The position numbers and the translations under genes are program-made. From Lingula anatina (Eukaryota; Animalia; Brachiopoda): 64,000 nt of DNA. This document shows positions 63,103 through 64,000 of this stretch, one piece after another. The stretch covers positions 16,806,848 to 16,870,847 of the forward strand of contig CM120643.1 in NCBI GenBank assembly GCA_051362555.1. The letters are read 5' to 3'. The stretch's first letter is position 1. Each line of letters opens with the position of its first letter. The notes under the pieces were generated by a model. That model saw nothing but the letters and a program-made list of their open reading frames with translations, had not been told where the DNA came from and did no database searches.

Positions 63103-63342
63103 AACTTGTGTTGTTATGTTCCACATAAAAAGTCTAGCTGAGTTTCACCGGCCCCTCCAGCACTTGGTAAAGATTACTTGGACACATCATACATGTTTTT
63201 ATAACTAGGTAAATTATGTGATAAGATAGTTATATATAAATATTTAAATGATGGTTACAAGGGTTACAGTTATATCTAAATACATACACTTGCATGTGTT
63301 GAATAATTATCGAAGGTGTAGAAGAAAATTTCAAACTCAGTA

Positions 63343-63862
63343 TCAGGCCTACCCAACTACCGGACACAACAGCGAACGATCCAGAATTCACCATAGATCA
63401 GGTCGCGCCACCAGTTTTCAGGGTGTGTATCAGTATGCGTTTCAAAGTATCAGACCCAGCACTCTCTTGCCTGGTACCCAATGTGATAGTGACGATTCTG
63501 CGCAGGGTTGGAAAGTAGTGCATCTCATCAAAATTCATGCACCAGTGCTATTTACCCTGTTTTATCGAACAATACTGTGATTTTTAAACATAAAGTTCAG
63601 GTTTGAACAAAGCCAACAATGTTATCTAAATAACTAGGTGCAGTCTTTTAATATTAATTTAGTAATGTAGATCTAATTCTGTCAGCAGAAGCATATCCTG
63701 TAAAGGGGTGAATAAAGTTGTTGTACAAAATTTGCCCCGGTATAATACTGTGAAATGTGCTCTGATACACACCTTGAAAACTGGCAGCGTGATCTAATCT
63801 ACTAGTTAATTCTGGATCCTTCGGTGCCATGCCTGGTGCTGGGGGTAGTTGGGTAGGCCTGA
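63343..63862. repeat. Diverged ~120-bp inverted repeat pair
   Basis: TCAGGCCTACCCAACTACC...GATCCAGAATT...CCAGTTTTCA.GGTGTGTATCAG on + at ~63343-63460 and on - at ~63735-63862. Confidence 0.7.
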
Positions 63863-64000
63863 CCATGAAGTTGAAAGTGCCCTGCAGTTATTTTCTAGTT
63901 ATAGTCTGTATTAGCTACATAATGATTGAAAGCTTAATTAACTCCTCACCCTCTTTGCCACCTTCTATTTTCTCTGAGTTAAGTACACTACTAGTACACT

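Overview
AT-rich eukaryotic genomic DNA from an invertebrate, probably a lophotrochozoan or mollusc (inferred from the repeat types). There are three intron-containing host genes: the last three coding exons of URI1 (+, 1822-3408), a complete cyclin E gene (-, 10 coding exons, 431 aa, 46538-59401), and the first five exons of a BtpA/SgcQ-family TIM-barrel gene (+, from 60557) set head-to-head with cyclin E. Between URI1 and cyclin E lies a ~35 kb pile of nested, mostly dead transposons whose order can be read from target-site duplications (TSDs). A DIRS/PAT-like tyrosine-recombinase retroelement is hit by a piggyBac, an ATAT-targeting LTR-like element and a pogo element. A ZNF862-like hAT is split by a BEL/Pao retrotransposon whose leader took three more insertions. 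MULE, Gypsy and BEL remnants follow. The most unusual items are a pogo transposase with an in-frame OTU deubiquitinase-like domain between DDE and PHD, URI1-cyclin E linkage as at human 19q12, a 4.1 kb element carrying decayed cysteine-rich (chitin-binding-like) exons, and two ATAT-targeting elements sharing a CRE-TATA-splice donor-hairpin cassette. All calls were made by eye; no database searches were run.
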